Positions 63,894 through 64,000 of a DNA stretch of 64,000 nt are shown in pieces. Under the pieces are notes generated by a model. The model was not told where the DNA came from, did not search any database, and saw only the letters and a list, made by a program, of their open reading frames with translations. A program made the translations under genes and the position numbers. Source of the stretch: Candidatus Latescibacterota bacterium (GTDB lineage: Bacteria > Latescibacterota > UBA2968 > SICM01); assembly GCA_965217865.1 (NCBI GenBank), contig CBDCJO010000002.1, forward strand, positions 480,001-544,000, written 5' to 3'. Within the stretch, counting starts at the first letter, position 1, and each line of letters starts with the position of its first letter.

Positions 63894-64000
63894 ATGGAAC
63901 CGGACATCGATGATCGTGTCATCTTCCTTAGCGACGGGCTGCCGGCGATTCCCGAGCGCTTGTTGCTGGCGCATGCGCGTGGCGAAGTGCTGTTCATCTG
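63894..64000 (+). CDS. SIR2-family (Dsr1-like) protein, N-terminus; runs off the window
   Basis: GGAGGTG RBS; MEPDIDDRVIFLSDGLPAIPERLLLAHARGEVLFI, the segment that precedes the GAG motif in defence sirtuins. Confidence 0.55.
   Translation, partial: MEPDIDDRVIFLSDGLPAIPERLLLAHARGEVLFI

Overview
The window has two halves. From 1 to about 27.1 kb it is ordinary bacterial chromosome: metabolic genes, serA, tRNA-Thr(CGT) and the rplM-rpsI-rpsB-tsf-pyrH-frr cluster. It is interrupted at about 5.7-9.1 kb by an AT-richer two-gene islet, a Fic protein followed by a non-intron, non-retron reverse transcriptase with a helical-repeat C-terminus that is split by a frameshift. Its intergenic spacers are built from strand-biased 6-7-mer repeat modules. 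From about 27.1 kb to 64 kb it is a heavily shuffled accessory region. It contains IS1380, two inverted IS3-like copies, IS630 and IS256 pieces, and two CTAG-flanked MITE families. It also contains a truncated type I-G cas operon without an array, and a degenerate integron cassette array (attC sites, no integrase seen) in which an IS1111-type IS110 element sits inside an attC and carries a 9-nt match to its target flank in its downstream non-coding region. Many shards of defence, plasmid and phage-satellite genes are present (EcoRII-like, Dam-like, type III Res, Cas3, HigBA, RepA, DUF3631), and a SIR2 gene begins at the right edge. All family calls are from motif recognition by eye; no database search was run.
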